Assembly: GCA_051871555.1 (NCBI GenBank)
Contig: JBJECZ010000190.1
Span: forward strand, 1-56,491
Length of the DNA: 56,491 bases
From: Muribaculaceae bacterium
GTDB taxonomy: Bacteria > Bacteroidota > Bacteroidia > Bacteroidales > Muribaculaceae
Direction: 5' to 3'
Shown: piece after piece, positions 26,581 through 37,048 of the stretch
Layout: each line of letters begins with the position of its first letter
Numbering within the stretch: position 1 is the first letter of the stretch
Made by a program: the position numbers and the translations under genes
Notes under the pieces: generated by a model
What the model saw: the letters and a program-made list of their open reading frames with translations, nothing else
The model's database searches: none
Told to the model about the DNA's origin: nothing

Positions 26581-27312
26581 ATGAAAACAGAGCAAAATGT
26601 ACGTTTAGCCAACCATCATATTTCGGTGGACTGTGTAGTGGTTGGTTTTGACGGCGAACAATTGAAGGTGCTGCTACTGAAACGCACCATTAACGAAGAC
26701 GGACAGGAATATCACGACATGAAGCTGCCGGGAAGCCTCATCTACGAAGACGAAGACCTCGACGCAGCAGCACAGCGCGTGTTGTTGGAACAAGCAGGCA
26801 TACGCCGCATGCCGCTGGTGCAATTCAAGGCTTTTGGTTCGCGCGACCGCACCAAGAACGTGAAAGATGTGAAATGGCTTGAACGCGCCATCAAGATGAA
26901 AGTGGAACGCATTGTCACCATTGCCTACCTGTCGTTGGTGAAAATCTCGGCAAGCAACACCACCTTTAAGGCTGCCGGCAACGAGCTTTGCTGGATGCCC
27001 GTAGATGCACAAATCGAACTTGCTTTCGACCACAACATCATTGTAAACGAAGCGCTCAAGCAAATACGCCATTTTGTTGACAACGACCCCATATATCTTT
27101 TCCACCTGCTACCTCACCGCTTCACGGCGCTGCAACTGCGCACGCTGTTTGAACGCATCTACGGCAAGCAGCTTGACGTGCGCAATTTCCAGAAAAAGCT
27201 AAAGCAAATGAATTATGTGGTGCCGCTCGACGAATACGAGAAAAACGTGGCTCACCGCGCTGCCCGCTACTATCGCTTCGACAAAGTGGCTTACAACAAA
27301 ATGCGCCGATAA
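26581..27312 (+). CDS. Nudix-domain transcriptional regulator (NrtR-like), probable xylose-utilisation regulator
   Basis: The N-terminal Nudix-fold region and C-terminal winged-helix-like region match the NrtR architecture. It sits directly upstream of xylB-xylA-xylE, as in other Bacteroidales. Confidence 0.65.
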   Translation: MKTEQNVRLANHHISVDCVVVGFDGEQLKVLLLKRTINEDGQEYHDMKLPGSLIYEDEDLDAAAQRVLLEQAGIRRMPLVQFKAFGSRDRTKNVKDVKWLERAIKMKVERIVTIAYLSLVKISASNTTFKAAGNELCWMPVDAQIELAFDHNIIVNEALKQIRHFVDNDPIYLFHLLPHRFTALQLRTLFERIYGKQLDVRNFQKKLKQMNYVVPLDEYEKNVAHRAARYYRFDKVAYNKMRR

Positions 27313-27393
27313 CACCCTGCTCATAACACCAAAATAATTATTTCGTTGAACATAAACTTAAAAAATATAATACTTAAAAACTTATAGCTAACT

Positions 27394-28881
27394 ATGTATC
27401 TATTAGGTTACGACATAGGCAGTTCGTCGGTGAAAGCCAGCTTAGTGGAGGCTGCCACCGGCACCTGCGTAGATTCAACTTTCTATCCCAAAAGTGAAGC
27501 ACCCATAACAGCCGTTCGTGCCGGATGGGCTGAACAAGACCCCGAAAGCTGGTGGAAATATCTCAAGCTTGCCACCGCCGACATCATGGCAGCCTCGCAC
27601 GTGGCAGCCGCCGACATCAAAGCCATTGGCATCTCCTATCAGATGCACGGCTTGGTATGCGTCGACAAGCACCAGCAGGTGGTGCGCCCGTCAATCATCT
27701 GGTGCGACTCGCGCGCCGTGCCCTACGGCGAAAAGGCGTTCCGCCAACTCGGCGAAGAGCGCTGCCTGCAGCACCTTCTCAACTCGCCCGGCAACTTCAC
27801 TGCCATGAAACTGGCGTGGGTGAAGGAAAACGAACCTGAAACCTACAGCCGAATCGACAAAATCATGCTACCGGGCGACTACATAGCCATGCGCCTGAGC
27901 GGCGACATCTGCACCACAGTGTCGGGCTTGTCGGAGGGCATCATGTGGGATTTCAAAGAGAACCGCCTGGCGCAATTCCTGCTCGACTTCTACGGCATCG
28001 ACAGCAACTTGATTGCCGACGTTAAGCCCACATTTGCCGTGCAAGGCACCGTGAGCCGCGCTGCCGCTGCCGAACTGGGGCTTTGCGAAGGCACTCCCAT
28101 CACCTATCGCGCCGGCGACCAGCCAAACAATGCGCTCTCGCTAAACGTGTTCAACCCGGGCGAGATTGCCTCGACTGCCGGAACATCGGGCGTGGTGTAC
28201 GGCGTGAACGGAACCGTCGACTACGACCCCAAAAGCCGCGTAAACACTTTTGCCCACGTCAACCACACAGCCGAAAATCCGCGCACCGGCGTGCTGCTGT
28301 GCATCAACGGCACCGGCATACTCAACTCGTGGATTAAGCGTAACTTCGTGGCTCAAGGCACTTCATACGAGCAAGTGAACGAAATGGCTGCCCTCGCCCC
28401 TGTGGGATGCAACGGCATCAGCGTGCTGCCGTTTGGCAACGGCGCCGAACGTGTGCTCGAAAACAAAGAGGTGGGATGCTCGATTCACGGCATAAACTTC
28501 AACAACCACAACGTGAACAACGTGCTGCGTGCAGCACAAGAGGGCATCGTGTTCTCGTTTAAATACGGCATCGAGGTGATGGAACAAATGGGCATGACAG
28601 TGAAGAAGATTCACGCCGGGCGCGCCAACATGTTCCTCAGCCCAATATTCCGCAACACGCTTGCCGGCGTTACGGGTGCCGACATCGAACTGTTCGACAC
28701 CGACGGCTCGGTGGGTGCCGCAAAAGGCGCAGGAATTGGAGCCGGAATCTACAACTCGCCTGCCGAAGCATTCGCCTCGCTCGAGCGATTGGCTGTGATT
28801 CACCCCGACGATGCTCAAGCCGACGCCTACGCCGAGGCTTACGCCCGCTGGAAATCGCTCCTCGAAAAAGAAATTAAATAA
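27394..28881 (+). CDS. xylB: Xylulokinase (FGGY family)
   Basis: N-terminus YLLGYDIGSSSVKA, FGGY-family length, and xyl operon context. Confidence 0.85.
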   Translation: MYLLGYDIGSSSVKASLVEAATGTCVDSTFYPKSEAPITAVRAGWAEQDPESWWKYLKLATADIMAASHVAAADIKAIGISYQMHGLVCVDKHQQVVRPSIIWCDSRAVPYGEKAFRQLGEERCLQHLLNSPGNFTAMKLAWVKENEPETYSRIDKIMLPGDYIAMRLSGDICTTVSGLSEGIMWDFKENRLAQFLLDFYGIDSNLIADVKPTFAVQGTVSRAAAAELGLCEGTPITYRAGDQPNNALSLNVFNPGEIASTAGTSGVVYGVNGTVDYDPKSRVNTFAHVNHTAENPRTGVLLCINGTGILNSWIKRNFVAQGTSYEQVNEMAALAPVGCNGISVLPFGNGAERVLENKEVGCSIHGINFNNHNVNNVLRAAQEGIVFSFKYGIEVMEQMGMTVKKIHAGRANMFLSPIFRNTLAGVTGADIELFDTDGSVGAAKGAGIGAGIYNSPAEAFASLERLAVIHPDDAQADAYAEAYARWKSLLEKEIK

Positions 28882-28940
28882 CAAAATAATAAACCCGTTT
28901 GCCGCACAAGGCAAACACAAAAGCATTTTAAAACACAAAT

Positions 28941-30257
28941 ATGGCAACAAAAGAGTACTTTCCTGAAATAGGAAAAATCAAGTTCGAAGGCAAAGATTCG
29001 AAAAACCCGATGGCATTCCACTACTACGATGCCGAAAAAGTCATTATGGGCAAACCAATGAAAGAATGGCTGCGCTTTGCAATGGCATGGTGGCACACCC
29101 TGTGCGCCGACGGCGGCGACCAATTCGGCGGTGGCACCAAGACATTCCCATGGAACGAAGGCGAAGACGCCGTTACTCGCGCCAAGCACAAGGCTGACGC
29201 CGGTTTCGAAATCATGAGCAAGCTCGGAATCCCATATTTCTGCTTCCACGATGTTGACCTGGTGTCGGAAGGCAGCTCGGTTGAAGAATACGAGGCAAAC
29301 CTCAAAGCCATCGTGGCTTACCTCAAGGAAAAGATGAACGAAACAGGCATCAAGCTGCTGTGGTCAACCGCCAACGTGTTTGGTCACAAGCGCTATATGA
29401 ACGGCGCATCAACCAACCCCGACTTCGACGTTGTGGCTCGCGCCATCGTTCAAATAAAGAACGCCATTGATGCCGGCATTGAACTCGGCGCCGAAAACTA
29501 TGTGTTCTGGGGCGGACGCGAAGGCTACATGAGCCTGCTCAACACCGACCAACGCCGCGAAAAAGAGCACATGGCAACCATGCTGCGCATGGCTCGCGAC
29601 TATGCTCGCGCTAAGGGCTTCAAAGGCACCTTCCTCATCGAACCAAAACCAATGGAACCATCAAAGCATCAATATGACGTCGACACCGAAACCGTTATCG
29701 GATTCCTCAAGGCTCACGGACTCGACAAGGACTTCAAGGTGAACATCGAAGTGAACCACGCAACCCTCGCCGGACACACCTTCGAGCACGAATTAGCTGT
29801 TGCCGTCGACAACGGCATGCTCGGCTCAATCGACGCTAACCGCGGCGACATGCAAAACGGCTGGGACACCGACCAATTCCCTATCGACCAATTCGAACTC
29901 GTGCAAGCTTGGATGCAAATCATCCGCAACGGCGGTCTGGGAACCGGCGGCACAAACTTCGATGCCAAAACTCGTCGCAACTCAACCGACCTCGACGACA
30001 TCTTCCTGGCTCACATCAGCGGTATGGATGCTATGGCTCGCGCCCTTGAAAATGCTGCTCGCCTGCTCGAAGAATCGCCTTACAAGAAGATGTTTGCCGA
30101 ACGCTACGCTTCGTTCGACAGCGGTTTGGGCAAGAAGTTTGAAGAAGGCAATATGACCCTCGAAGAAGCCTACGAATACGGCAAGACTGTTGGCGAACCT
30201 AAGCTCACAAGCGGCAAGCAAGAGCTTTACGAAGCAATCGTGGCAATGTATTGCTAA
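28941..30257 (+). CDS. xylA: Xylose isomerase
   Basis: Hallmark motifs [19 protein letters not shown] and [14 protein letters not shown]. Confidence 0.95.
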   Translation: MATKEYFPEIGKIKFEGKDSKNPMAFHYYDAEKVIMGKPMKEWLRFAMAWWHTLCADGGDQFGGGTKTFPWNEGEDAVTRAKHKADAGFEIMSKLGIPYFCFHDVDLVSEGSSVEEYEANLKAIVAYLKEKMNETGIKLLWSTANVFGHKRYMNGASTNPDFDVVARAIVQIKNAIDAGIELGAENYVFWGGREGYMSLLNTDQRREKEHMATMLRMARDYARAKGFKGTFLIEPKPMEPSKHQYDVDTETVIGFLKAHGLDKDFKVNIEVNHATLAGHTFEHELAVAVDNGMLGSIDANRGDMQNGWDTDQFPIDQFELVQAWMQIIRNGGLGTGGTNFDAKTRRNSTDLDDIFLAHISGMDAMARALENAARLLEESPYKKMFAERYASFDSGLGKKFEEGNMTLEEAYEYGKTVGEPKLTSGKQELYEAIVAMYC

Positions 30258-30302
30258 TAAGCCATCGTTTGTCAGTGAAACCATAAAAACACTTTTGTGA
30301 CT

Positions 30303-31736
30303 ATGAATTATTCAGAAAAAGGCAGTAAACTATATCTGTTCTCGATAGTGCTGGTGGCTGTGATTGGCGGCTTGCTGTTCGGTTACGACACCGCCGTGAT
30401 TTCGGGCGCCGAAGGCGGTCTGCAAAGCTTCTTTGAGGGAGCCACCGACTTCGACTATACCGACGTTCTACACGGCCTCACCTCGTCGAGTGCCCTTATC
30501 GGATGCATCATAGGCAGCGCACTGTCGGGCCTGTTTGCCAACAGGCTCGGCCGTAAGCGCGCCCTGGCTTGCGCCGGCGTGATGTTCTTCCTCTCAGCTC
30601 TCGGCTCCTACCGTCCCGAATTTTTGTTCTTCGACTACGGCACGTCTTCAAAAAGCCTGCTGGTGGCATTCAACCTCTACCGCATTCTGGGCGGCGTGGG
30701 CGTGGGTTTGGCTTCTGCCATCTGCCCGATGTACATCGCCGAAGTGGCACCGAGCAACATGCGCGGCACCCTGGTGTCGTGGAACCAATTCGCAATTATC
30801 TTCGGTCAGTTGGTGGTTTACTTCGTTAGCTACCTCATCGTGCAATGGGCAAAGGCCACAAGCCCCGACTTTGCAGCATGGACTGTTTCCACAGGCTGGC
30901 GATTGATGTTTGTCAGTGAAGCCGTTCCTGCCGGACTCTTCACAGTGCTCATCTTGCTTGTGCCTGAAACACCACGCTATTTGGCCCTCAGCGGCAACGA
31001 CGACAAGGCACTGTATGTGCTTAGCAAAATCAACGGCTTGGCTAAGGCAAAGGAAATCCTCAACGACATCAAGAATACCGTGGAAGTGAAAACCGAACGT
31101 CTGTTCACCTACGGCTGGCTGGTGATTTTCATCGGCTGCATGCTGTCGGTATTCCAACAGATTGTTGGCATCAACGCCGTGCTCTATTATGCACCGCGCA
31201 TATTCGACTCGGTGGGTGCCGGCGACTCGATGCAGCAAACCGTGATTATGGGTGTGGTGAATATCACATTCACCCTGGTGGCTGTGTTCACCGTTGAACG
31301 CTTAGGACGCAAACCGCTGCTCATCACCGGTTCGCTGGGTATGGCGCTTGGCGCACTCTGCTTTGCAGCTTGCAACGCCTTCAACCTGCCACCTATGATG
31401 CAGGTGGTCAGCATCATGGTTTATTCGGCTTCGTTCATGTTCTCGTGGGGACCAATCTGCTGGGTGCTCATCTCCGAGATTTTCCCAAACACCATTCGTG
31501 GTGCTGCAGTGGCTATCGCAGTGGCTTTCCAATGGATATTCAACTTCATTGTGAGCGCCTCGTTCGTGCCAATGTATAACATGGAAATCACCCCGGGCGA
31601 CGGCTTTGGGCACACATTCGCCTATGCCCTCTACGGCGTGATTGGCATCATTGCAGCCATCTTTGTTTGGCGTCTCGTGCCCGAAACCAAAGGCAAAACG
31701 CTCGAAGAAATGAACAAGCTTTGGAACAAGAAATAA
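30303..31736 (+). CDS. xylE: MFS sugar porter, D-xylose:proton symporter-like
   Basis: 12 TM helices with sugar-porter motifs (GRKRAL, PETPRYL, VERLGRKPLL, PETKGKTLEE). ATG 30303 is preferred to GTG 30297. Confidence 0.85.
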   Translation: MNYSEKGSKLYLFSIVLVAVIGGLLFGYDTAVISGAEGGLQSFFEGATDFDYTDVLHGLTSSSALIGCIIGSALSGLFANRLGRKRALACAGVMFFLSALGSYRPEFLFFDYGTSSKSLLVAFNLYRILGGVGVGLASAICPMYIAEVAPSNMRGTLVSWNQFAIIFGQLVVYFVSYLIVQWAKATSPDFAAWTVSTGWRLMFVSEAVPAGLFTVLILLVPETPRYLALSGNDDKALYVLSKINGLAKAKEILNDIKNTVEVKTERLFTYGWLVIFIGCMLSVFQQIVGINAVLYYAPRIFDSVGAGDSMQQTVIMGVVNITFTLVAVFTVERLGRKPLLITGSLGMALGALCFAACNAFNLPPMMQVVSIMVYSASFMFSWGPICWVLISEIFPNTIRGAAVAIAVAFQWIFNFIVSASFVPMYNMEITPGDGFGHTFAYALYGVIGIIAAIFVWRLVPETKGKTLEEMNKLWNKK

Positions 31737-31783
31737 AAGCCTGAATCATAACCAAACTATTACACAATAATACGTTAGACCCT

Positions 31784-31819
31784 GAGCCGCGTTTGCCCAC
31801 AGCATTCGCGGCTCTTTTC
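31784..31819 (+). terminator. Rho-independent terminator after xylE
   Basis: GAGCCGCG...CGCGGCTC followed by TTTT. Confidence 0.65.
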
Positions 31820-31920
31820 ATGCCCCCTTGCCGCTATAAGGTTATCATGGTTGCCAAGGGCTGCCGAGCCTGCAACCGCTATATCCTATCGCTGAAATCG
31901 CCGATTGCGCAGGAAATCAT

Positions 31921-31950
31921 ATAAAAAAGGTGCGTCACGATGACACACCT
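31921..31950 (-). terminator. Rho-independent terminator after tonB
   Basis: On the minus strand it reads AGGTGTGTCA-tcg-TGACGCACCT (one G-U pair) followed by TTTTTTAT. Confidence 0.7.
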
Positions 31951-31998
31951 TTGTTTACCATAGCCCTGTAGAGGGATTTTGTATGCGTTAGTATTTTT

Positions 31999-32814
31999 TT
32001 ATTCGAAGCGGTAGGTGATTGTGCCCACGGCGTCGGTGGTGGTGTTTTTAGGCACCGAGAAGCTCGATTGTCGTGCGGCAGCAATGCAACTGTTGCGTGC
32101 GGCTTGGTTGCCGGCTGCAGCGCCGGTTCCGCTGGCATACGACGCCGACACCACGTTGCCGCGTGCGTTCACCTTCACTTGTATGGTGATTGTGCCTTCG
32201 AGGCTGCTCGACGGACGGCTCCAGCTTTCGAGCGTATAACCGCCCAAGCCGCCGATGCCCGGTTTGCCGGTGAGGGCACCCGACGAGCTGTTGCCGTTAG
32301 GCGAGCCGGCTTTTCCGCTGCCTGTTGAGCCCGAAGTGCCAAACTTCACGCGATTAGAAATCTTTTTGCGTTCAGCCTCTTGCTGAGCCTTGAGTTTATC
32401 TTGTTCGGCTTGCTCGCTCTTGGTGGCACCCTTGGGTTTCTCCTTGGGCTTTTCTTCTTCTTTTTTCACCTTCATGGGCGATTCAGCCTTTTGCGTAACC
32501 ACCTGCTTGGGTAGCTCCTGCGCTTCGCCGGCATCCTTGAGTTCGTTGCCCGGCAACTTAGGTTCGTCGGCAGTTTCCGTTGCCTCGGCAGGCGACGATG
32601 GCTGCATCTCGTCGGCAGCCGGCTGCTCCACATTGCCCAGTTGCACAAATTCGCCGCCGAACATGATTTCCTCCTGCGGTTTTTGCTCGGCAAGGTTTAA
32701 GTCGTCGGGCGGCCACTTATAGTGTAAGGCAGTGAACACAAGAATAAGCAGCGCCACTATGTGCACGGCAAGCGTTGCTATCAAGGCTATTATTTTATTC
32801 TTGTTGAGAGTCAT
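31999..32814 (-). CDS. tonB: Energy transducer TonB
   Basis: N-terminal TM anchor, Pro/Glu/Lys-rich linker, and C-terminal TonB domain. It lies downstream of exbB-exbD. Confidence 0.85.
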   Translation of the reverse strand: MTLNKNKIIALIATLAVHIVALLILVFTALHYKWPPDDLNLAEQKPQEEIMFGGEFVQLGNVEQPAADEMQPSSPAEATETADEPKLPGNELKDAGEAQELPKQVVTQKAESPMKVKKEEEKPKEKPKGATKSEQAEQDKLKAQQEAERKKISNRVKFGTSGSTGSGKAGSPNGNSSSGALTGKPGIGGLGGYTLESWSRPSSSLEGTITIQVKVNARGNVVSASYASGTGAAAGNQAARNSCIAAARQSSFSVPKNTTTDAVGTITYRFE

Positions 32815-32876
32815 TTAATGAACTTGCTTGTTATGAAAACTACGTTAAAAATATAACTTTCTTGCTGCGAGCCTCG

Positions 32877-33341
32877 TTATTGCAGCGCCTCTTCGGCAGC
32901 AGCCTCATCAGACTCGGGAGCAGCATAGGTCGACGATGCCGGTTTGGTGGCAAGCACAATCTTCAGTCCGCAACGCGAACCTTTGTCGAGAATGTCCACA
33001 ATCTTGCCGTAAGGCACCTCCTCGTCGGCATAGAGCGCCACAAACTTTTCGGGGCTGTTTTGCTGCACGAGTTTCAAGAAGCCCATCAGCTGGTCGGCAG
33101 GAAGCGGTTTAGGCTCGCTCTCGTCAACCGATGCATATATGTTGTATTCCTTGTCGATGAAAACTCGTGTACCGGGCTTGATAGCCGATTGTTCGCTGCT
33201 TTGCGGCAGGTTCACCTCGAGCGCCGACGGAAACACGAATGTGCTTGTAACCATAAAGAAGATGAGAAGCAGGAAAATAACGTCGGTCATCGACGCCATG
33301 CTGAACATCGACATCATCTCATGTTGTCTTTTTAATGCCAT
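32877..33341 (-). CDS. exbD: Biopolymer transporter ExbD
   Basis: The ExbD/TolR N-terminus (SMTDVIFLLLIFFMVTSTF) is recognisable. Confidence 0.85.
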   Translation of the reverse strand: MALKRQHEMMSMFSMASMTDVIFLLLIFFMVTSTFVFPSALEVNLPQSSEQSAIKPGTRVFIDKEYNIYASVDESEPKPLPADQLMGFLKLVQQNSPEKFVALYADEEVPYGKIVDILDKGSRCGLKIVLATKPASSTYAAPESDEAAAEEALQ

Positions 33342-33458
33342 CGCTTGTTTGTATTATTGTGATTCGTTTCGAAATACCGTTATATTGATAACCCTTTAGC
33401 CGCACCGAGCTGCGTGCCTACAAGCAGCAGGCAGCACATCGGCGAGCCTAAGGCGCGA

Positions 33459-34199
33459 TTATTTTGCAGGCTCGTTGAGGAGGTCCATAAATTCCATGGT
33501 CTTAGCCTCAAGCTGGTTCATCACCTTGTTGACACGCGACACCAGGAAGTTATAGGCAAACAGCGCAATGATGCCCACAATCAAACCAGCCACGGTGGTT
33601 ACGAGAGCCTCGTAGATGCCGCTGGCAAGAATGGTTACGTTGGCGTTGCTGCCGGCACTTGCCAAGGCAAAGAACGCCTGCACCATACCGGTGACTGTGC
33701 CCAAGAAGCCAATCATCGGGGCACCCGAGGCTGTGGTAGCCAGCCAAGTGAAGCCCTTTTCGAGCGCCGACACCTCGAGGTTGCCGGTATTTTCGATTGC
33801 CACAAGCACGTCGTTCATCGGGCGGCCAATGCGGCTAATGCCCTTGAGGATAAGGCGGGCGTATGGAGTGTCGGTTTTCTTGCACAGGTTGATGGCGCTT
33901 TCAATTTCGCCGTCGTGAATATAGTCCTTGATGCGCTTCATAAACGAGTCGTCGCGTTTAGCCGCCGAGCGCAAAGCAATAAAGCGTTCGATGAAGATGT
34001 AGATGCTCACCACCGAGAGAATGAGCAATGGAATCATAATCCAACCGCCCTTGAGGCAGAGGTCCCAAACCGACAGCTTTTCTTCGATTACGGGAGCGGC
34101 TGCCGAGCCAACGGCAGCAACGGTGTCGGTAACAGCAGTGAAGGCAGAGTCAACGGCGCCATTCATGCCAGATTCTTGTATCAGTCCTAAAATTGTCAT
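33459..34199 (-). CDS. exbB: MotA/TolQ/ExbB proton channel protein
   Basis: Three TM helices with the conserved GAPMIGFLGTVTGMV block. Confidence 0.85.
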   Translation of the reverse strand: MTILGLIQESGMNGAVDSAFTAVTDTVAAVGSAAAPVIEEKLSVWDLCLKGGWIMIPLLILSVVSIYIFIERFIALRSAAKRDDSFMKRIKDYIHDGEIESAINLCKKTDTPYARLILKGISRIGRPMNDVLVAIENTGNLEVSALEKGFTWLATTASGAPMIGFLGTVTGMVQAFFALASAGSNANVTILASGIYEALVTTVAGLIVGIIALFAYNFLVSRVNKVMNQLEAKTMEFMDLLNEPAK

Positions 34200-34300
34200 A
34201 GTAGTTTGATAGTGAAAAATAATACGTTTGGTGATAATTTATGTGGTTTTATCAATCGATTCTCTTGTTTTGCCGCGAAAAGTCGTCGTGCCCCGGGCTA

Positions 34301-35023
34301 TCACTTGTCCTTCAGGCAGTCCTTATAAGCCTTGATGGTTTTTTCGAGACCCATATACAGCGCGTCGGAAATCAGGCAATGCCCAATCGACACCTCGTTG
34401 AGATAGCCCACATTTTGCTTGAAATAGGCAAGATTCTCAAGGCTCAAATCGTGACCGGCGTTCACGCCCAAACCGCAGTTGTGAGCCGCTTTGGCTGCTG
34501 CAGCATACGGAGCAATTGCTTTTGCAGGGTCTTTCTTATATTCAACAGCATACGGACCGGTGTAAAGCTCAATGCGGTCGGCACCGGTTTTTGCTGCCAT
34601 CTTGATGTTTTCGATGTCGGTGCCAACAAAGATGCTTGTGCGTATGCCGGCATCCTTCAGGCGCTCGATAACCTCACACAGAAACTCGAAGTTCTCAGCC
34701 ACCTCCCAGCCAGCCGACGACGTGAGCGCATCGGGAGCGTCGGGCACCAAAGTGACCTGTTCGGGCTTCACCTTCAGCACCAAGTCGAGAAATTCGGGAC
34801 TTGGATAGCCCTCGATGTTGAATTCGGTGCGAACCAACGGGCGAAGCAAAAACACATCGTCGTGACGAATGTGACGCTCATCAGGGCGTGGATGAATGGT
34901 AATGCCTTGTGCTCCAAACCGTTCACAATCAACAGCTACATTCTCCACATTAGGCAGATTGCCTCCGCGCGCATTGCGCAATGTGGCTATCTTGTTGATA
35001 TTTACACTTAAATTTGTCGTCAT
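34301..35023 (-). CDS. pdxJ: Pyridoxine 5'-phosphate synthase
   Basis: Motifs [29 protein letters not shown] and EFNIEGYP. The start is set at ATG 35023. Confidence 0.9.
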   Translation of the reverse strand: MTTNLSVNINKIATLRNARGGNLPNVENVAVDCERFGAQGITIHPRPDERHIRHDDVFLLRPLVRTEFNIEGYPSPEFLDLVLKVKPEQVTLVPDAPDALTSSAGWEVAENFEFLCEVIERLKDAGIRTSIFVGTDIENIKMAAKTGADRIELYTGPYAVEYKKDPAKAIAPYAAAAKAAHNCGLGVNAGHDLSLENLAYFKQNVGYLNEVSIGHCLISDALYMGLEKTIKAYKDCLKDK

Positions 35024-35204
35024 ATCTTTGTTTTTTCCTCTTATAGTCTCATTATCAATTAAGCAGTGCATCGGGTGTTATAAGTTGCCAAAATATTCGT
35101 ATATTTGCACTACCCATAATTAGTTGCAAAATTAATACTAATAAAGGAGAATTTGAAACAAAATATGGGTAAAAACCCATAAAAATAACAAAAATACTCG
35201 CATT

Positions 35205-36074
35205 ATGAAGATATTCATAAATGGCAAAAGATGTCAGAGCGCCACGCTCGCACAAGTGGCAAAGATGCTCAACGAACTTGCAGCCGGAGGGCACACGCTT
35301 GTTGCCGACGCATCGTACCTTGCAAAGCTGAAGATTGCCGATGCCAGCAACCTGCCGTTTCACGACGTGGCTGCCACGGTGCCCGACGATGCCGACATGG
35401 CGCTAAGCATCGGCGGCGACGGCACATTCCTGCGCACCACCAAAAAAGTGGCTCACAAAGGCATCCCCATTGCCGGAATCAACACCGGCCGACTTGGATA
35501 TCTCACCGCTGCCGACCTCTCGGAGGCGTCGGCTTTTGCTGCCGACCTTATGGCTGGCAACTTCACCATCGAGCAGCGAACAATGCTGCAAGCCCGTTGC
35601 GGCAACGGAATCGACATCGACTATCCCATGGCACTCAACGAGGTGGCTCTGCTGCGCCACGACTCGTCGGCGGTGGTGAGCATCGAGGTGGAAGTTGACG
35701 GCGACCGCCTTACCACCTACAAAGCCGACGGACTGATTGTTGCCACTCCCACTGGCTCAACCGCCTACAACCTGAGCTGCGGCGGTCCTATCATTGCCCC
35801 CACGGCTGCCAACCTCGTGCTCACGCCCATCTCGCCGCACTCGCTGAACATGCGTCCGCTGGTGCTGCCCGACACTGCCGTGGTGAAAGCCTTGGCTCAC
35901 ACTCGCTCGCGCAACTACCAGCTCAGCCTCGACGGCAACGCCACCATCCTGCCCGACGGTTGCCCTGTGACAATCACGAGGGCTCCTTACTCGGTAAAGG
36001 TGGTTCAAAGCAAAAATCACCGCTTTGCCCGCACGCTGCGCGACAAGCTGCTTTGGGGCGAAGACGTTAGATAA
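35205..36074 (+). CDS. nadK: NAD+ kinase
   Basis: Motifs IGGDGTFLRT, NTGRLGYL and TPTGSTAYNLSCGGPI. Confidence 0.9.
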   Translation: MKIFINGKRCQSATLAQVAKMLNELAAGGHTLVADASYLAKLKIADASNLPFHDVAATVPDDADMALSIGGDGTFLRTTKKVAHKGIPIAGINTGRLGYLTAADLSEASAFAADLMAGNFTIEQRTMLQARCGNGIDIDYPMALNEVALLRHDSSAVVSIEVEVDGDRLTTYKADGLIVATPTGSTAYNLSCGGPIIAPTAANLVLTPISPHSLNMRPLVLPDTAVVKALAHTRSRNYQLSLDGNATILPDGCPVTITRAPYSVKVVQSKNHRFARTLRDKLLWGEDVR

Positions 36075-36084
36075 TTATATAAAA

Positions 36085-36786
36085 ATGGCTGTTTACATTC
36101 ACAACGACAAGGAATTTGGCTACGTGAAGATTACTTTGCGCGCCGGCATGAAACGAATCATTGCCAAAGTAAACAACGGTCAACTATGCGTGAGTTTTCC
36201 TAATATTGCCACACGCACCTCGATATTGCGATACTTCGACGAACAACGCCAAAGTCTGCGTCAATTCATTGCCCAACAAACCCCGAAGCAAAACCTCTAC
36301 TATGATGGCAAACTGATACACTGCATGGGATTTGACGTGCTCATCACCACCGAAGAAAATCCTAAAACCGAGGGCGACGTGAGCTTAATTATCGTGCCCA
36401 AAAGCATCGACTTCTCGTCGGCGGCACACACCAAGAGAATCAGCGATGCCGTGAGAAAAATGGTGGCTCGACGCAAGCCAATACTCATCAACTATGCCTG
36501 GAAAGTGGCTGAAGAACTGAACATCAAGCCATCATCATTCGTGGCATCGAACGGTTTTCGCCGCTTAGGCACGTGCAATGTTGCCACTAAACAAATACGC
36601 CTCTCCTATGCCCTGCTGTTCATGCCCGAACATCTTGTGCGCTACATCATTTGCCACGAACTGGCCCACCTCATCCATCCCAACCACTCGAAGGAGTTCC
36701 ATGAGCTGTGCAACAAACTTGTGGGCGGCAAAGAAAAGGAATATTCCCGCGAAGTGAACCACTTTGAGTGGCCAGTGATGAAATAA
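36085..36786 (+). CDS. YgjP-like (DUF45/M48-like) zinc metallohydrolase
   Basis: C-terminal HEXXH motif in ICHELAHLIHPNHSKEF. The start is set at ATG 36085. Confidence 0.7.
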   Translation: MAVYIHNDKEFGYVKITLRAGMKRIIAKVNNGQLCVSFPNIATRTSILRYFDEQRQSLRQFIAQQTPKQNLYYDGKLIHCMGFDVLITTEENPKTEGDVSLIIVPKSIDFSSAAHTKRISDAVRKMVARRKPILINYAWKVAEELNIKPSSFVASNGFRRLGTCNVATKQIRLSYALLFMPEHLVRYIICHELAHLIHPNHSKEFHELCNKLVGGKEKEYSREVNHFEWPVMK

Positions 36787-37048
36787 CCAGCATGGCGCGC
36801 CGCTATTTACCCGATTTCAGCCATTATAAGCCGACTGATTGCTTAACAATCCGATGACTCTTTCAGCCGGCAATGTGAGAAAAAAATCGGGCATTTTTAT
36901 TTCATAAGCCCTATAATGGTTGTATATTTGCACTTGTTGTAGCAACATCAAGTGCCTACGGTAACACAGCAGGCGATGGTTGCTGTATGCGTTGCCCATA
37001 AATGTTTTGAGCAATGCCCAACAAGGAACAAAAAGACTATTACGATAT